Shown here one piece after another: positions 17,716 through 37,061 of a stretch of 64,000 bases of DNA. How positions within the stretch are numbered: the stretch's first letter is position 1; the number at the start of each line of letters is the position of its first letter. The translations under genes and the position numbers were made by a program. The stretch comes from the human T2T-CHM13v2.0 reference genome, Homo sapiens: assembly GCF_009914755.1 (NCBI RefSeq), contig NC_060948.1; one strand, written 5' to 3'. Under the pieces are notes generated by a model. That model searched no databases. It was not told the DNA's origin and saw only the letters and a list, made by a program, of their open reading frames with translations.

Positions 17716-19825
17716 AGATCCATATTTTTTAAATGAAAAAAAATTTCAAAGGTACTCTGCTTGGTACAATAATCAAATGTATAAACTGAGGAATAAAACA
17801 TAACCATGAAACCTACTTATAACTGCATATGGAAAATACAGAGGATAATTTTTTAAATAACATATTTTGAAAGCCTTAACTAGTAATTTGAAGAGTTGGC
17901 ATTTGAAAGGCCAGTATGAATATACCTTCAAAGCAGCAACACAGGTTCCCCATGAGAAACAGCAAACTCAGGGAAAATAAAACCACAAAGGTTCAATCTC
18001 TTCTGACCTTTGAAAGACACAGCACAGACAGTGGTCCTTAGGACGAAGAGCAGGAGACCCCTAATTCCGTCACCATGGCGATAGGGCATAAACATTGCTG
18101 GGTGAGGGCACAATCCACATTGAGAGGTCCAACTGCTGCCAGGAAGACAGGAGTGCTTTTACATAGACCGAAAGGTCATTGAAGGCTCAGAGTTTTGTTT
18201 CAAGAACTGAATCCCAAGCCCACACGTTATTAGGCTGCGCTTCTTAAAACAAGTTATGAGATGGGAAAAAGGGCACCCACAAACATACGTATACATTATG
18301 TATATAATAATATACAGTATCATATATATAATATATATAACCTATGTATAATATTGTTTTACATCCTGCATCTTATATTATATATATTGTCTAAAATATA
18401 ATAATTGATAATATATAAGTTTTATATTTATACAATATGACATATAGTATATATTATAATTTATGACATATATAATATATGTTATATATCATATATAGAA
18501 TATATTATACGGTTAATATACGTATTAAATATAAATTATACATTATATATATTATATATAATATATCTGTTATATATAATACCCATTATGCATAATATGT
18601 ATATTATGTCTATGTTATATATAGTATAAAACAACATATAATAATATATAATTGTATATATAAAATGCGACATATAATATATATTATATTTTATGACATA
18701 TGTAATATATATTATATATTATATATAATACGTTGTATGTATAATACCTATATTAAATATATATTATATGACTATGTTATTAATTACATGTCACATGTGT
18801 TATATATTATATATTTTACATAGAATATACCGGTTACATACAATATATACTATGTTACCTATAATGTATAATTGATTACATGTAAAATAAAGAATGCAAT
18901 ATATTATGTATAATTTATAATATACAATATGTGGAATGTGATATATATAACATATAATATATGATATATGATATACAGTATATGATATATAACATACAAT
19001 ATATGATACCTAGTATATACGGTATACAATATATATTTTATGATATGTATTCTATATGTTTTATATTCTGTTATATATAACTATTTGAAATTATATATAA
19101 CTGTATAATATTTTATGTAAATATGTAATATAATATATATAACTATATAATATATTATATATAACTATATATTATGTTATATATACTTTTATATCATAAT
19201 TTACATAAAATGTCATAATATAATATATATTATATTATTTCATATTACATAATATATATTACATATCACCCAATATAAGTAACATACATAATATTATAAT
19301 ATAGATTATATTATGTTATGTTAAATATCATATATATCATGTATCATATATTCTATAATATATATTATACATTATATAATATGTATGTTGTCTATTATGT
19401 GATATATATAACTATATATTATTATATTATTATACATATAACTAGATAAACATGTAATTCTACATATTTTCATTTCTAATATATAGAATTATATAATCAT
19501 ATATAATTATTTATATTCTATAAAAAATTATATCATTATATAAATTATAATATAAAAAAATTATAATATGTACTACAAATATATATATTATATATCATAT
19601 ATGATATAGTACCTTTGTTATATATCATAATACATATAAATGTGTATTATGTTATCTATAATTATATAATTTCATATATAAGATGTATAATATGTATTAT
19701 ATATTGTATATGTTATGTAATATATATAGTATATATAAGCTGACACAGGATAAATATTATATACTATGACATATAAAATATATGAGGTTATATGTTACAT
19801 ATAAGGCATAGCACATAACATGTAA

Positions 19826-20132
<307 letters not shown>

Positions 20133-22242
20133 AGATCCATATTTTTTAAATGAAAAAAAATTTCAAAGGTACTCTGCTTGGTACAATAATCAAATGTATA
20201 AACTGAGGAATAAAACATAACCATGAAACCTACTTATAACTGCATATGGAAAATACAGAGGATAATTTTTTAAATAACATATTTTGAAAGCCTTAACTAG
20301 TAATTTGAAGAGTTGGCATTTGAAAGGCCAGTATGAATATACCTTCAAAGCAGCAACACAGGTTCCCCATGAGAAACAGCAAACTCAGGGAAAATAAAAC
20401 CACAAAGGTTCAATCTCTTCTGACCTTTGAAAGACACAGCACAGACAGTGGTCCTTAGGACGAAGAGCAGGAGACCCCTAATTCCGTCACCATGGCGATA
20501 GGGCATAAACATTGCTGGGTGAGGGCACAATCCACATTGTGAGGTCCAACTGCTGCCAGGAAGACAGGAGTGCTTTTACATGGACCGAAAGGTCATTGAA
20601 GGCTCAGAGTTTTGTTTCAAGAACTGAATCCCAAGCCCACACGTTATTAGGCTGCGCTTCTTAAAACAAGTTATGAGATGGGAAAAAGGGCACCCACAAA
20701 CATACGTATACATTATGTATATAATAATATACAGTATCATATATATAATATATATAACCTATGTATAATATTGTTTTACATCCTGCATCTTATATTATAT
20801 ATATTGTCTAAAATATAATAATTGATAATATATAAGTTTTATATTTATACAATATGACATATAGTATATATTATAATTTATGACATATATAATATATGTT
20901 ATATATCATATATAGAATATATTATACGGTTAATATACGTATTAAATATAAATTATACATTATATATATTATATATAATATATCTGTTATATATAATACC
21001 CATTATGCATAATATGTATATTATGTCTATGTTATATATAGTATAAAACAACATATAATAATATATAATTGTATATATAAAATGCGACATATAATATATA
21101 TTATATTTTATGACATATGTAATATATATTATATATTATATATAATACGCTGTATGTATAATACCTATATTAAATATATATTATATGACTATGTTATTAA
21201 TTACATGTCACATGTGTTATATATTATATATTTTACATAGAATATACCGGTTACATACAATATATACTATGTTACCTATAATGTATAATTGATTACATGT
21301 AAAATAAAGAATGCAATATATTATGTATAATTTATAATATACAATATGTGGAATGTGATATATATAACATATAATATATGATATATGATATACAGTATAT
21401 GATATATAACATACAATATATGATACCTAGTATATATGGTATACAATATATAATTTATGATATGTATTCTATATGTTTTATATTCTGTTATATATAACTA
21501 TTTGAAATTATATATAACTGTATAATATTTTATGTAAATATGTAATATAATATATATAACTATATAATATATTATATATAACTATATATTATGTTATATA
21601 TACTTTTATATCATAATTTACATAAAATGTCATAATATAATATATATTATATTACTTCATATTACATAATATATATTACATATCACCCAATATAAGTAAC
21701 ATACATAATATTATAATATAGATTATATTATGTTATGTTAAATATCATATATATCATGTATCATATATTCTATAATATATATTATACATTATATAATATG
21801 TATGTTGTCTATTATGTGATATATATAACTATATATTATTATATTATTATACATATAACTAGATAAACATGTAATTCTACATATTTTCATTTCTAATATA
21901 TAGAATTATATAATCATATATAATTATTTATATTCTATAAAAAATTATATCATTATATGAAATATAATATAAAAAAATTATAATATGTACTACAAATATA
22001 TATATTATATATCATATATGATATAGTACCTTTGTTATATATCATAATACATATAAATGTGTATTATGTTATCTATAATTATATAATTTCATATATAAGA
22101 TGTATAATATGTATTATATATTGTATATGTTATGTAATATATATAGTATATATAAGCTGACACAGGATAAATATTATATACTATGACATATAAAATATAT
22201 GAGGTTATATGTTACATATAAGGCATAGCACATAACATGTAA

Positions 22243-22549
<307 letters not shown>

Positions 22550-24677
22550 AGATCCATATTTTTTAAATGAAAAAAAATTTCAAAGGTACTCTGCTTGGTA
22601 CAATAATCAAATGTATAAACTGAGGAATAAAACATAACCATGAAACCTACTTATAACTGCATATGGAAAATACAGAGGATAATTTTTTAAATAACATATT
22701 TTGAAAGCCTTAACTAGTAATTTGAAGAGTTGGCATTTGAAAGGCCAGTATGAATATACCTTCAAAGCAGCAACACAGGTTCCCCATGAGAAACAGCAAA
22801 CTCAGGGAAAATAAAACCACAAAGGTTCAATCTCTTCTGACCTTTGAAAGACACAGCACAGACAGTGGTCCTTAGGACGAAGAGCAGGAGACCCCTAATT
22901 CCGTCACCATGGCGATAGGGCATAAACATTGCTGGGTGAGGGCACAATCCACATTGTGAGGTCCAACTGCTGCCAGGAAGACAGGAGTGCTTTTACATGG
23001 ACCGAAAGGTCATTGAAGGCTCAGAGTTTTGTTTCAAGAACTGAATCCCAAGCCCACACGTTATTAGGCTGCGCTTCTTAAAACAAGTTATGAGATGGGA
23101 AAAAGGGCACCCACAAACATACGTATACATTATGTATATAATAATATACAGTATCATATATATAATATATATAACCTATGTATAATATTGTTTTACATCC
23201 TGCATCTTATATTATATATATTGTCTAAAATATAATAATTGATAATATATAAGTTTTATATTTATACAATATGACATATAGTATATATTATAATTTATGA
23301 CATATATAATATATGTTATATATCATATATAGAATATATTATACGGTTTATATACGTATTAAATATAAATTATACATTATATATATTATATATAATATAT
23401 CTGTTATATATAATACCCATTATGCATAATATGTATATTATGTCTATGTTATATATAGTATAAAACAACATATAATAATATATAATTGTATATATAAAAT
23501 GCGACATATAATATATATTATATTTTATGACATATGTAATATATATTATATATTATATATAATACGTTGTACGTATAATACCTATATTAAATATATATTA
23601 TATGACTATGTTATTAATTACATGTCACATGTGTTATATATTATATATTTTACATAGAATATACCGGTTACATACAATATAAACTATGTTACCTATAATG
23701 TATAATTGATTACATGTAAAATAAAGAATGCAATATATTATGTATAATTTATAATATACAATATGTGGAATGTGATATATATAACATATAATATATGATA
23801 TATGATATACAGTATATGATATATAACATACAATATATGATACCTAGTATATATGGTATACAATATATATTTTATGATATGTATTCTATATGTTTTATAT
23901 TCTGTTATATATAACTATTTGAAATTATATATAACTGTATAATATTTTATGTAAATATGTAATATAATATATATAACTATATAATATATTATATATAACT
24001 ATATATTATGTTATATATACTTTTATATCATAATTTACATAAAATGTCATAATATAATATATATTATATTATTTCACATTACATAATATATATTACATAT
24101 CACCCAATATAAGTAACATACATAATATTATAATATAGATTATATTATGTTATATTAAATATCATATATATCATGTATCATATATTCTATAATATATATT
24201 ACACATTATATAATATGTATGTTGTCTATTTTGTGATATATAAAACTATATATATAATTATATTATTATACATATAACTAGATAAGCATGTAATTATACA
24301 TATTTTCATTTGTAATATATAGAATTATATAATCATATATAATTATTTATATTCTATAAAAAATTATATCATTATATAAATTATAATATAAAAAAATTAT
24401 AATATGTACTACAAATATATATATTATATATCATATATGATATAGTACCTTTGTTATATATCATAATACATATAAATGTGTATTATGTTATCTATAATTA
24501 TATAATTTCATATATAAGATGTATAATATGTATTATATATTGTCTATGTTATGTAATATATATAGTATATGTAAGCTGACACAGGATAAATATTATATAC
24601 TATGACATATAAAATATATGAGGTTATATGTTACATATAAGGCATAGCACATAACATGTAATATATATCATATATAA

Positions 24678-24969
24678 TTTTTTTTTAGACAGAGTCTTGT
24701 CGTGTTGCACAGGGTGGAGTACAATGGCGCCATCTTTGCTCACTGCAACATCTGACTCACGGGTCTAAGCGATCATCCTCCCTCAGCCTCCCAGGTAGCT
24801 GGGACTACACCACACTGGGAGTACACCAGCTGCCACCATGCCTAGCTAATTTTTTGGATTTTTAGTAGTGACAGCGTTTCACTGTATTGGCCAGGATGGT
24901 CTTGATCTCTTCACCTTGTGATCCCCTTGCCTTGGCCTCCAAATTTGCTGAGATTACAGGCCTGAGCCA
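24678..24969 (-). mobile_element. Diverged Alu of U11
   Basis: Same antisense Alu as U1. Confidence 0.92.
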
Positions 24970-27073
24970 AGATCCATATTTTTTAAATGAAAAAAAATTT
25001 CAAAGGTACTCTGCTTGGTACAATAATCAAATGTATAAACTGAGGAATAAAACATAACCATGAAACCTACTTATAACTGCATATGGAAAATACAGAGGAT
25101 AATTTCTTAAATAACATATTTTGAAAGCCTTAACTAGTAATTTGAAGAGTTGGCATTTGAAAGGCCAGTATGAATATACCTTCAAAGCAGCAACACAGGT
25201 TCCCCATGAGAAAAAGCAAACTCAGGGAAAATAAAACCACAAAGGTTCAATCTCTTCTGACCTTTGAAAGACACAGCACAGACAGTGGTCCTTAGGACGA
25301 AGAGCAGGAGACCCCTAATTCCGTCACCATGGCGATAGGGCATAAACATTGCTGGGTGAGGGCACAATCCACATTGAGAGGTCCAACTGCTGCCAGGAAG
25401 ACAGGAGTGCTTTTATATAGACCGAAAGGTCATTGAAGGCTCAGAGTTTTGTTTCAAGAACTGAATCCCAAGCCCACACGTTATTAGGCTGCGCTTCTTA
25501 AAACAAGTTATGAGATGGGAAAAAGGGCACCCACAAACATACGTATACATTATGTATATAATAATATACAGTATCATATATATAATATATATAACCTATG
25601 TATAATATTGTTTTACATCCTGCATCTTATATTATATATATTGTATAAAATATAAAATTCATAATACATAACGTTTATATTTATACAATATGACATATAG
25701 TATATATTATAATTTATGTCATATATAATATATGTTATATATCATATATAGAATATATTATACGGTTAATATACGTATTAAATATAAATTATACATTATA
25801 TATATTATATAAAATATATCTGTTATATATAATACCCTTTATGCATAATATATATATTATGTCTATGTTATATATAGTATAAAACAACATATAATAATAT
25901 ATAATTGTATATATAAAATGCGACATATAATATATATTATATTTTATGACATATGTAATATATATTATATATTATATATAATACGTTGTATGTATAATAC
26001 CTATATTAAATATATATTATATGACTATGTTATTAATTACACGTCACATATGTTATATATTATATATTTTACATAGAATATACCGGTTAAATACAATATA
26101 TACTATGTTACCTATAATGTATAATTGATTACATGTAAAATAAAGAATGCAATATATTATGTATAATTTATAATATACAATATGTGGAATGTGATATATA
26201 TAACATATAATATATGATATATGATATACAGTATATGATATATAACACACAATATATGATACCTAATATATATGGTATACAATATATATTTTATGATATG
26301 TATTCTATATGTTTTATATTCTGTTATATATAACTATTTGAAATTATATATAACTGTATAATATTTTATGTAAATATGTAATATAATATATATAACTATA
26401 TAATATATTATATATAACTATATATTATGTTATATATACTTTTATAACATAATTTACATTAAATATCATAATATAATATATATTATATTATTTCACATTA
26501 CATAATATATATTACATATCACCCAATATAAGTAACATACATAATATTATAATATAGATTATATTATGTTATATTAAATATCATATATATCATGTATCAT
26601 ATATTCTATAATATATATTACACATTATATAATATGTATGTTGTCTATTATGTGATATATATAACTATATATATAATTATATTATTATACATATAACTAG
26701 ATAAACATGAAATTCTACATATTTTCATTTATAATATATAGAATTATATAATCATATATAATTATTTATATTCTATAAAAAATTATATCATTATATAAAT
26801 TATAATATATAAAAATTATAATATGTACTACAAATATATATATTATATATCATATATGATATAGTACCTTTGTTATATATCATAATACATATAAATGTGT
26901 ATTATGTTATCTACAATTATATAATTTCATATATAAGATATATAATATGTATTATATATTGTATATGTTATGTAATATATATAGTATATATAAGCTGACA
27001 CAGGATAAATATTATATACTATGACATATAAAATATATGAGGTTATATGTTACATATAAGGCATAGCACATAA

Positions 27074-27388
<315 letters not shown>

Positions 27389-29515
27389 AGATCCATATTT
27401 TGTAAATGAAAAACAATTTCAAAGGTACTCTGCTTGGTACAATAATCAAATGTATAAACTGAGGAATGAAACATAACCATGAAACCTACTTATAACTGCA
27501 TATGGAAAATACAGAGGATAATTTTTTAAATAACATATTTTGAAAGCCTTAACTAGTAATTTGAAGAGTTGGCATTTGAAAGGCCAGTATGAATATACCT
27601 TCAAAGCAGCAACACAGGTTCCCCATGAGAAAAAGCAAACTCAGGGAAAATAAAAACACAAAGGTTCAATCTCTTCTGACCTTTGAAAGACACAGCACAG
27701 ACAGTGGTCCTTAGGACGAAGAGCAGGAGACCCCTAATTCCGTCACCATGGCGATAGGGCATAAACATTGCTGGGTGAGGGCACAATCCACATTGTGAGG
27801 TCCAACTGCTGCCAGGAAGACAGGAGTGCTTTTACATAGACCGAAAGGTCATTGAAGGCTCAGAGTTTTGTTTCAAGAACTGAATCCCAAGCCCACACGT
27901 TATTAGGCTGCGCTTCTTAAAACAAGTTATGAGATGGGAAAAAGGGCACCCACAAACAAAAGTATACATTATGTATATAATAATATACAGTATCATATAT
28001 ATAATATATATAACCTATGTATAATATTGTTTTACATCCTGCATCTTATGTTATATATATTGTATAAAATATAATAATTGATAATATATAAGTTTTATAT
28101 TTATACAATATGACATATAGTATATATTATAATTTATGACATATATGATATATGTTATATATCATATATAGAATATATTATACGGTTAATATACGTATTA
28201 AATATAAATTCTACATTATATATATTATATATAATATATCTGTTATATATAATACCCATTATGCATAATAAATATATTATGTCTAGGTTATATATAGTAT
28301 AAAACAACATATAATAATATATAATTGTATATATAAAATGTAACATATAATATATATTATATTTTATAACATATGTAATGTATATTATATATTATATATA
28401 ATACGTTGTATGCATAATACCTATATTAAATATATATTATATGACTATGTTATTAATTACATGTCACGTGTGTTATATATTATATATTTTACATAGAATA
28501 TACCGGTTACATTCAATATATACTATGTTACCTATAATGTATAATTTATTACATGTAAAATAAAGAATGCAATATATTATGTATAATTTATAATATACAA
28601 TATGTGGAATGTGATATATATAACATATAATATATGATATATGATATACAGTATATGATATATAACATACAATATATGATTCCTAATATATATGGTATAC
28701 AATATATATTTTATGATATGTATTCTATATGTTTTATATTCTGTTATATATAACTATTTGAAATTATATATAACTGTATACTATTTTATGTAAATATGTA
28801 ATATAATATATATAACTATATAATATATTATATATAACTATATATTATGTTATATATACTTTTATAACATAATTTACAAAAATATCATAACATAATATAT
28901 ATTATATTATTTCATATTACATAATATATATTACATATCACCCAATATAACTAACATACATAATATTATAATATAGATTATATTATGTTATATTAAATAT
29001 CATATATATCATGTATCATATATTCTATAATATATATTACACATTATATAATATGTATGTTGTCTATTATGTGACATATATAAATCTATATATAATTTTA
29101 TTTTTATACATATAACTAGATAAACATGTAATTCTACATATTTTCATTTATAATATGTAGAATTATATAATCATATATAATTATTTATATTCTATAAAAA
29201 ATTTTATCATTATATAAATTATAATATATAAAAATTATAATATGTACTACAAATATATATATTATATATCATATATGATATAGTACCTTTGTTATATATC
29301 ATAATACATATAAATGTGTATTATGTTATCTATAATTATATAATTTCATATATAAGATGTATAATATGTATCATATATTATATATGTTATGTAATATACA
29401 TAGTATATATAAGATGACACAGGATAAATATTATATACTATGACATATAAAATATATCAGGTTATATGTTACATATAAGGCATAGCACATAACATGTAAT
29501 ATATATCATATATAA

Positions 29516-29807
<292 letters not shown>

Positions 29808-31936
29808 AGATCCATATTTTTTAAATGAAAAAAAATTTCAAAGGTACTCTGCTTGGTACAATAATCAAATGTATAAACTGAGGAATAAAACATAACCATG
29901 AAACCTACTTATAACTGCATATGGAAAATACAGAGGATAATTTTTTAAATAACATATTTTGAAAGCCTTAACTAGTAATTTGAAGAGCTGGCATTTGAAA
30001 GGCCAGTATGAATATACCTTCAAAGCAGCAACACAGGTTTCCCCAAGAGAAAAAGCAAACACAGGGAAAATAAAAACAGAAAGGTTCAATCTCTTCTGAC
30101 CTTTGAAAGACACAGCACAGACAGTGGTCCTTAGGACGAAGAGCAGGAGACCCCTAATTCCGTCACCATGGCGATAGGGCATAAACATTGCTGGGTGAGG
30201 GCACAATCCACATTGTGAGGTCCAACTGCTGCCAGGAAGACAGGAGTGCTTTTACATAGACCGAAAGGTCATTGAAGGCTCAGAGTTTTGTTTCAAGAAC
30301 TGAATCCCAAGCCCACACGTTATTAGGCTGCGCTTCTTAAAACAAGTTATGAGATGGGAAAAAGGGCACCCACAAACATACGTATACATTATGTATATAA
30401 TAATATACAGTATCATATATATAATATATATAACCTATGTATAATATTGTTTTACATCCTGCATCTTATGTTATATATATTGTATAAAATATAATAATTG
30501 ATAATATATAAGTTTTATATTTATACAATATGACATATAGTATATATTATAATTTATGACATATATAATATATGTTATATATCATATATAGAATATATTA
30601 TACGGTTAATATACGTATTAAATATAAATTATACATTATATATATTATATATAATATATCTGTTATATATAATACCCATTATGCATAATATATATATTAT
30701 GTCTATGTTATATATAGTATAAAACAACATATAATAATATATAATTGTATATATAAAATGCGACATATAATATATATTATATTTTATAACATATGTAATA
30801 TATATTATATATTATATGTAATACGTTGTATGTATAATACCTATATTAAATATATATTATATGACTATGTTATTAATTACATGTCACATGTGTTATATAT
30901 TATTTATTTTACACAGAATATACCGGTTATATACAATATATACTATGTTACCTACAATGTATAATTTATTACATGTAAAATAAAGAATGCAATATATTAT
31001 GTATAATTTATAAAATACAATATGTGGAATGTGATATATATAACATATAATATATGATATAGGATATACGGTATATGATATATAACATACAATATATGAT
31101 ACCTAATATATATGGTATACAATATATATTTTATGACATGTATTCTCTATGTTTTATATTCTGTTATATATAACTATTTGAAATTATATATAACTGTATA
31201 ATATTTTATGTAAATATGTAATATAATATATATAAAAATATAATATATTATATATAACTATATATTATGTTATATATAATTTTATAACATAATTTACATA
31301 AAATATCATAATATAATATATATTATATTATTTCATACTACATAATATATATTACATATCTCCCAATATAAGTAACATATATAATATTATAATATAGATT
31401 ATATTATGTTATATTAAATATCATATATATCATGTATCATATATTCTATAATATATATTATACATTATATAATATGTGTGTTGTCTATTATGTGATATAT
31501 ATAATTATATATATAATTATATTATTATACATATAACTAGATAAACATGTAATTCTACATATTTTCATTTATAATATATAGAATTATATAATCATATATA
31601 ATTATATATATTCTATAAAAAATTATATCATCATATAAATTATAATATATAAAAATTATAATATGTACTACAAATATATATATTATATATCATATATGAT
31701 ATAGTACCTTTGTTATATATCATAATACATATAAATGTGTATTATGTTACCTATAATTATATAATTTCATATATAAGATGTATAATATGTATTATATATT
31801 ATATATGTTATGAAATATATATAGTATATATAAGATGACACAGGATAAATATTATATACTATGACATATAAAATATATGAGGTTATATGTTACATATAAG
31901 GCATAGCACATAACATGTAATATATATCATCTATAA

Positions 31937-32228
<292 letters not shown>

Positions 32229-34331
32229 AGATCCATATTTTTTAAATGAAAAAAAATTTCAAAGGTACTCTGCTTGGTACAATAATCAAATGTATAAACT
32301 GAGGAATAAAACATAACCATGAAACCTACTTATAACTGCATATGGAAAATACAGAGGATAATTTTTTAAATAACATATTTTGAAAGCCTTAACTAGTAAT
32401 TTGAAGAGTTGGCATTTGAAAGGCCAGTATGAATATACCTTCAAAGCAGCAACACAGGTTCCCCATGAGAAAAAGCAAACTCAGGGAAAATAAAACCACA
32501 AAGGTTCAATCTCTTCTGACCTTTGAAAGACACAGCACAGACAGTGGTCCTTAGGACGAAGAGCAGGAGACCCCTAATTCCGTCACCATGGCGATAGGGC
32601 ATAAATATTGCTGGGTGAGGGCACAATCCACATTGTGAGGTCCAACTGCTGCCAGGAAGACAGGAGTGCTTTTACATAGACCGAAAGGTCATTGAAGGCT
32701 CAGAGTTTTGTTTCAAAAACTGAATCCCAAGCCCACACGTTATTAGGCTGCGCTTCTTAAAACAAGTTATGAGATGGGAAAAAGGGCACCTACAAACATA
32801 CGTATACATTATGTATATAATAATATACAGTATCATATATATAATATATATAACACATGTATAATATTGTTTTACATCCTGCATCTTATATTATATATAT
32901 TGTATAAAATATAATAATTGATAATATATAAATTTTATATTTATACAATATGACATATAGTATATATTATAATTTATTACATATATAATATATGTTATAT
33001 ATCATATATAGAATATATTATACGGTTAATATACGTATTAAATATAAATTATACATTATATATATTATATATAATATATCTGCTATATATAATACCCATT
33101 ATGCATAATATATATATTATGTCTATGTTATATATAGTATAAAACAACATATAATAATATATAATTGTATATATAAAACGCGACATATAATATATATTAT
33201 ATTTTTTGACATATGTAATATATATTATATATTATATATAATACGTTGTATGTATAATACCTATATTAAATATAAATTATATGACTATGTTATTAATTAC
33301 ATGTCACATATGTTATATATTATATATTTTACATAGAATATACTGGTTACATACATTATATACTATGTTACCTATAATGTATAATTTATTACATGTAAAA
33401 TAAAGAATGCAATATATTATGTATAATTTATAATATACAATATGTGGAATGTGATATATATAACATATAATATATGATATATGATATACAGTATATGATA
33501 TATAACATACAATATATGATACCTAATATATATGGTATACAATATATATTTTATGATATGTATTCTATATGTTTTATATTCTGTTATATATAACTATTTG
33601 AAATTATATACAACTGTATAATATTTTATGTAAATATGTAATATAATATATAACTATATAATATGTTATATATAACTATATATTATGTTATATATACTTT
33701 TATAACATAATTTACTTAAAATATCATAATATAATATATATTATGTTATTTCATATTACATAATACATATTACATATTACCCAATATAAGTAACATACAT
33801 AATATTATAATATAGATTATATTATGTTATATTAAATATCATATATATCATGTATCATATATTCTATAATATATATTACACATTATATAATATGTATGTT
33901 GTCTATTATGTGATATATATAACTATATATATAATTATATTATTATACATATAACTAGATAAACATGTAATTCTACACATTTTCATTTATAATATATAGA
34001 ATTATATAATCATATATAATTATTTATATTCTATAAAAAATTATATCATTATATAAATTATAATATATAAAAATTATAATATGTACTACAAATATATATA
34101 TTATATATCATATATGATATAGTACCTTTGTTATATATCATAATACATATAAATGTGTATTATATTATCTATAATTATATAATTTCATATATAAGTTGTA
34201 TAATATGTATCATATATTATATATGTTATGTAATATATATAGTATATATAAGATGACACAGGATAAATATTATATACTATGACATATAAAATATATGAGG
34301 TTATATGTTTCATATAAGGCATAGCACATAA

Positions 34332-34646
<315 letters not shown>

Positions 34647-36746
34647 AGATCCATATTTTTTAAATGAAAAAAAATTTCAAAGGTACTCTGCTTGGTACAA
34701 TAATCAAATGTATAAACTGAGGAATAAAACATAACCATGAAACCTACTTATAACTGCATATGGAAAATACAGAGGATAATTTTTTAAATAACATATTTTG
34801 AAAGCCTTAACTAGTAATTTGAAGAGTTGGCATTTGAAAGGCCAGTATGAATATAACTTCAAAGCAGCAACACAGGTTCCCCATGAGAAAAAGCAAACAC
34901 AGGGAAAATAAAAACACAAAGGTTCAATCTCTTCTGACCTTTGAAAGACACAGCACAGACAGTGGTCCTTAGGACGAAGAGCAGGAGACCCCTAATTCCG
35001 TCACCATGGCGATAGGGCATAAACATTGCTGGGTGAGGGCACAATCCACATTGTGAGGTCCAACTGCTGCCAGGAAGACAGGAGTGCTTTTACATAGACC
35101 GAAAGGTCATTGAAGGCTCAGAGTTTTGTTTCAAGAACTGAATCCCAAGCCCACACGTTATTAGGCTGCGCTTCTTAAAACAAGTTATGAGATGGGAAAA
35201 AGGGCACCTACAAACATACGTATACATTATGTATATAATAATATACAGTATCATATATATAATATATATAACCTATGTATAATATTGTTTTACATCCTGT
35301 ATCTTATGTTATATATATTGTATAAAATATAATTGATAGTATATATGTTTTATATTTATACAATATGACATATAGTATATATTATAATTTATGACATATA
35401 TAATATATGTTATATATCATATATAGAATATATTATACGGTTAATATATGTATTAAATATAAATTCTACATTATATATATTATATATAATATATCTGTTA
35501 TATATAATACCCATTATGCATAATATATATATTATGTCTATGTTATATATAGTATAAAACAACATATAATAATATATAATTGTATATATAAAATGCGACA
35601 TATAATATATATTATATTTTATAACATATGTAATATATATTATATATTATATATAATACGTTGTATGTATAATACCTATATTAAATATATATTATACGAC
35701 TATGTTATTAATTACATGTCACATGTGTTATATATTATATATTTTACATAGAATATACCGGTTACATACAGTATATACTATGTTACCTATAATGTATAAT
35801 TTATTACATGTAAAATAAAGAATGCAGTATATTATGTATAATTTATAATATACCATATGTGGAATGTGATATATATAACATATAATATATGATATATGAT
35901 ATACACTATATGATATATAACATACAATATATGATTCCTAATATATATGGTATACAATATATATTTTATGATACGTATTCTATATGTTTTATATTCTGTT
36001 ATATATAACTATTTGAAATTATATATAACTGTATAATATTTTATGTAAATATGTAATATAATATATATAACTATATAATATATTATATATAACTATATAT
36101 TATGTTATATATACTTTTACAACATAATTTACATAAATTAGCATAATATAATATATATTATATTATTTCATATTACATAATATATATTACATATCACCCA
36201 ATATAACTAACATACATAATATTATAATATAGATTATATTGTGTTATATTAAATATCATATATATCATGTATCATATATTCTATAATATATATTACACAT
36301 TATATAAAATGTATGTTGTCTATTATGTGATATATATAACTATATATAATTATATTTTTATACATATAACTAGATAAACATGTAATTCTACATATTTTCA
36401 TTTATAATATGTAGAATTATATAATCATATATAATTATTTATATTCTATAAAAAATTTTATCATTATATAAATTATAATAAATAAAAATTATAATATGTA
36501 CTACAAATATATATATTATATATCATATATGCTATAGTACCTTTGTTATATATCATAATACATATAAATGTGCATTATGTTATCTATAGTTATATAATTT
36601 CATATATAAGATGTGTAATATGTATCATATATTCTATATGTTATGTAATATATATAGTATATATAAGATGACACAGGATAAATATTATATACTATGACAG
36701 ATAAAATATATCAGGTTATATGTTACATATAAGTCATAGCACATAA

Positions 36747-37061
<315 letters not shown>

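Noticed and set aside
26053-26250. I/Y-rich ORFs in AT tracts (also 28155, 30758, 35410, 38011, 57495, 59703, 62015)
   Set aside because: These are compositional artefacts of ATA/TAT codons in low-complexity DNA.
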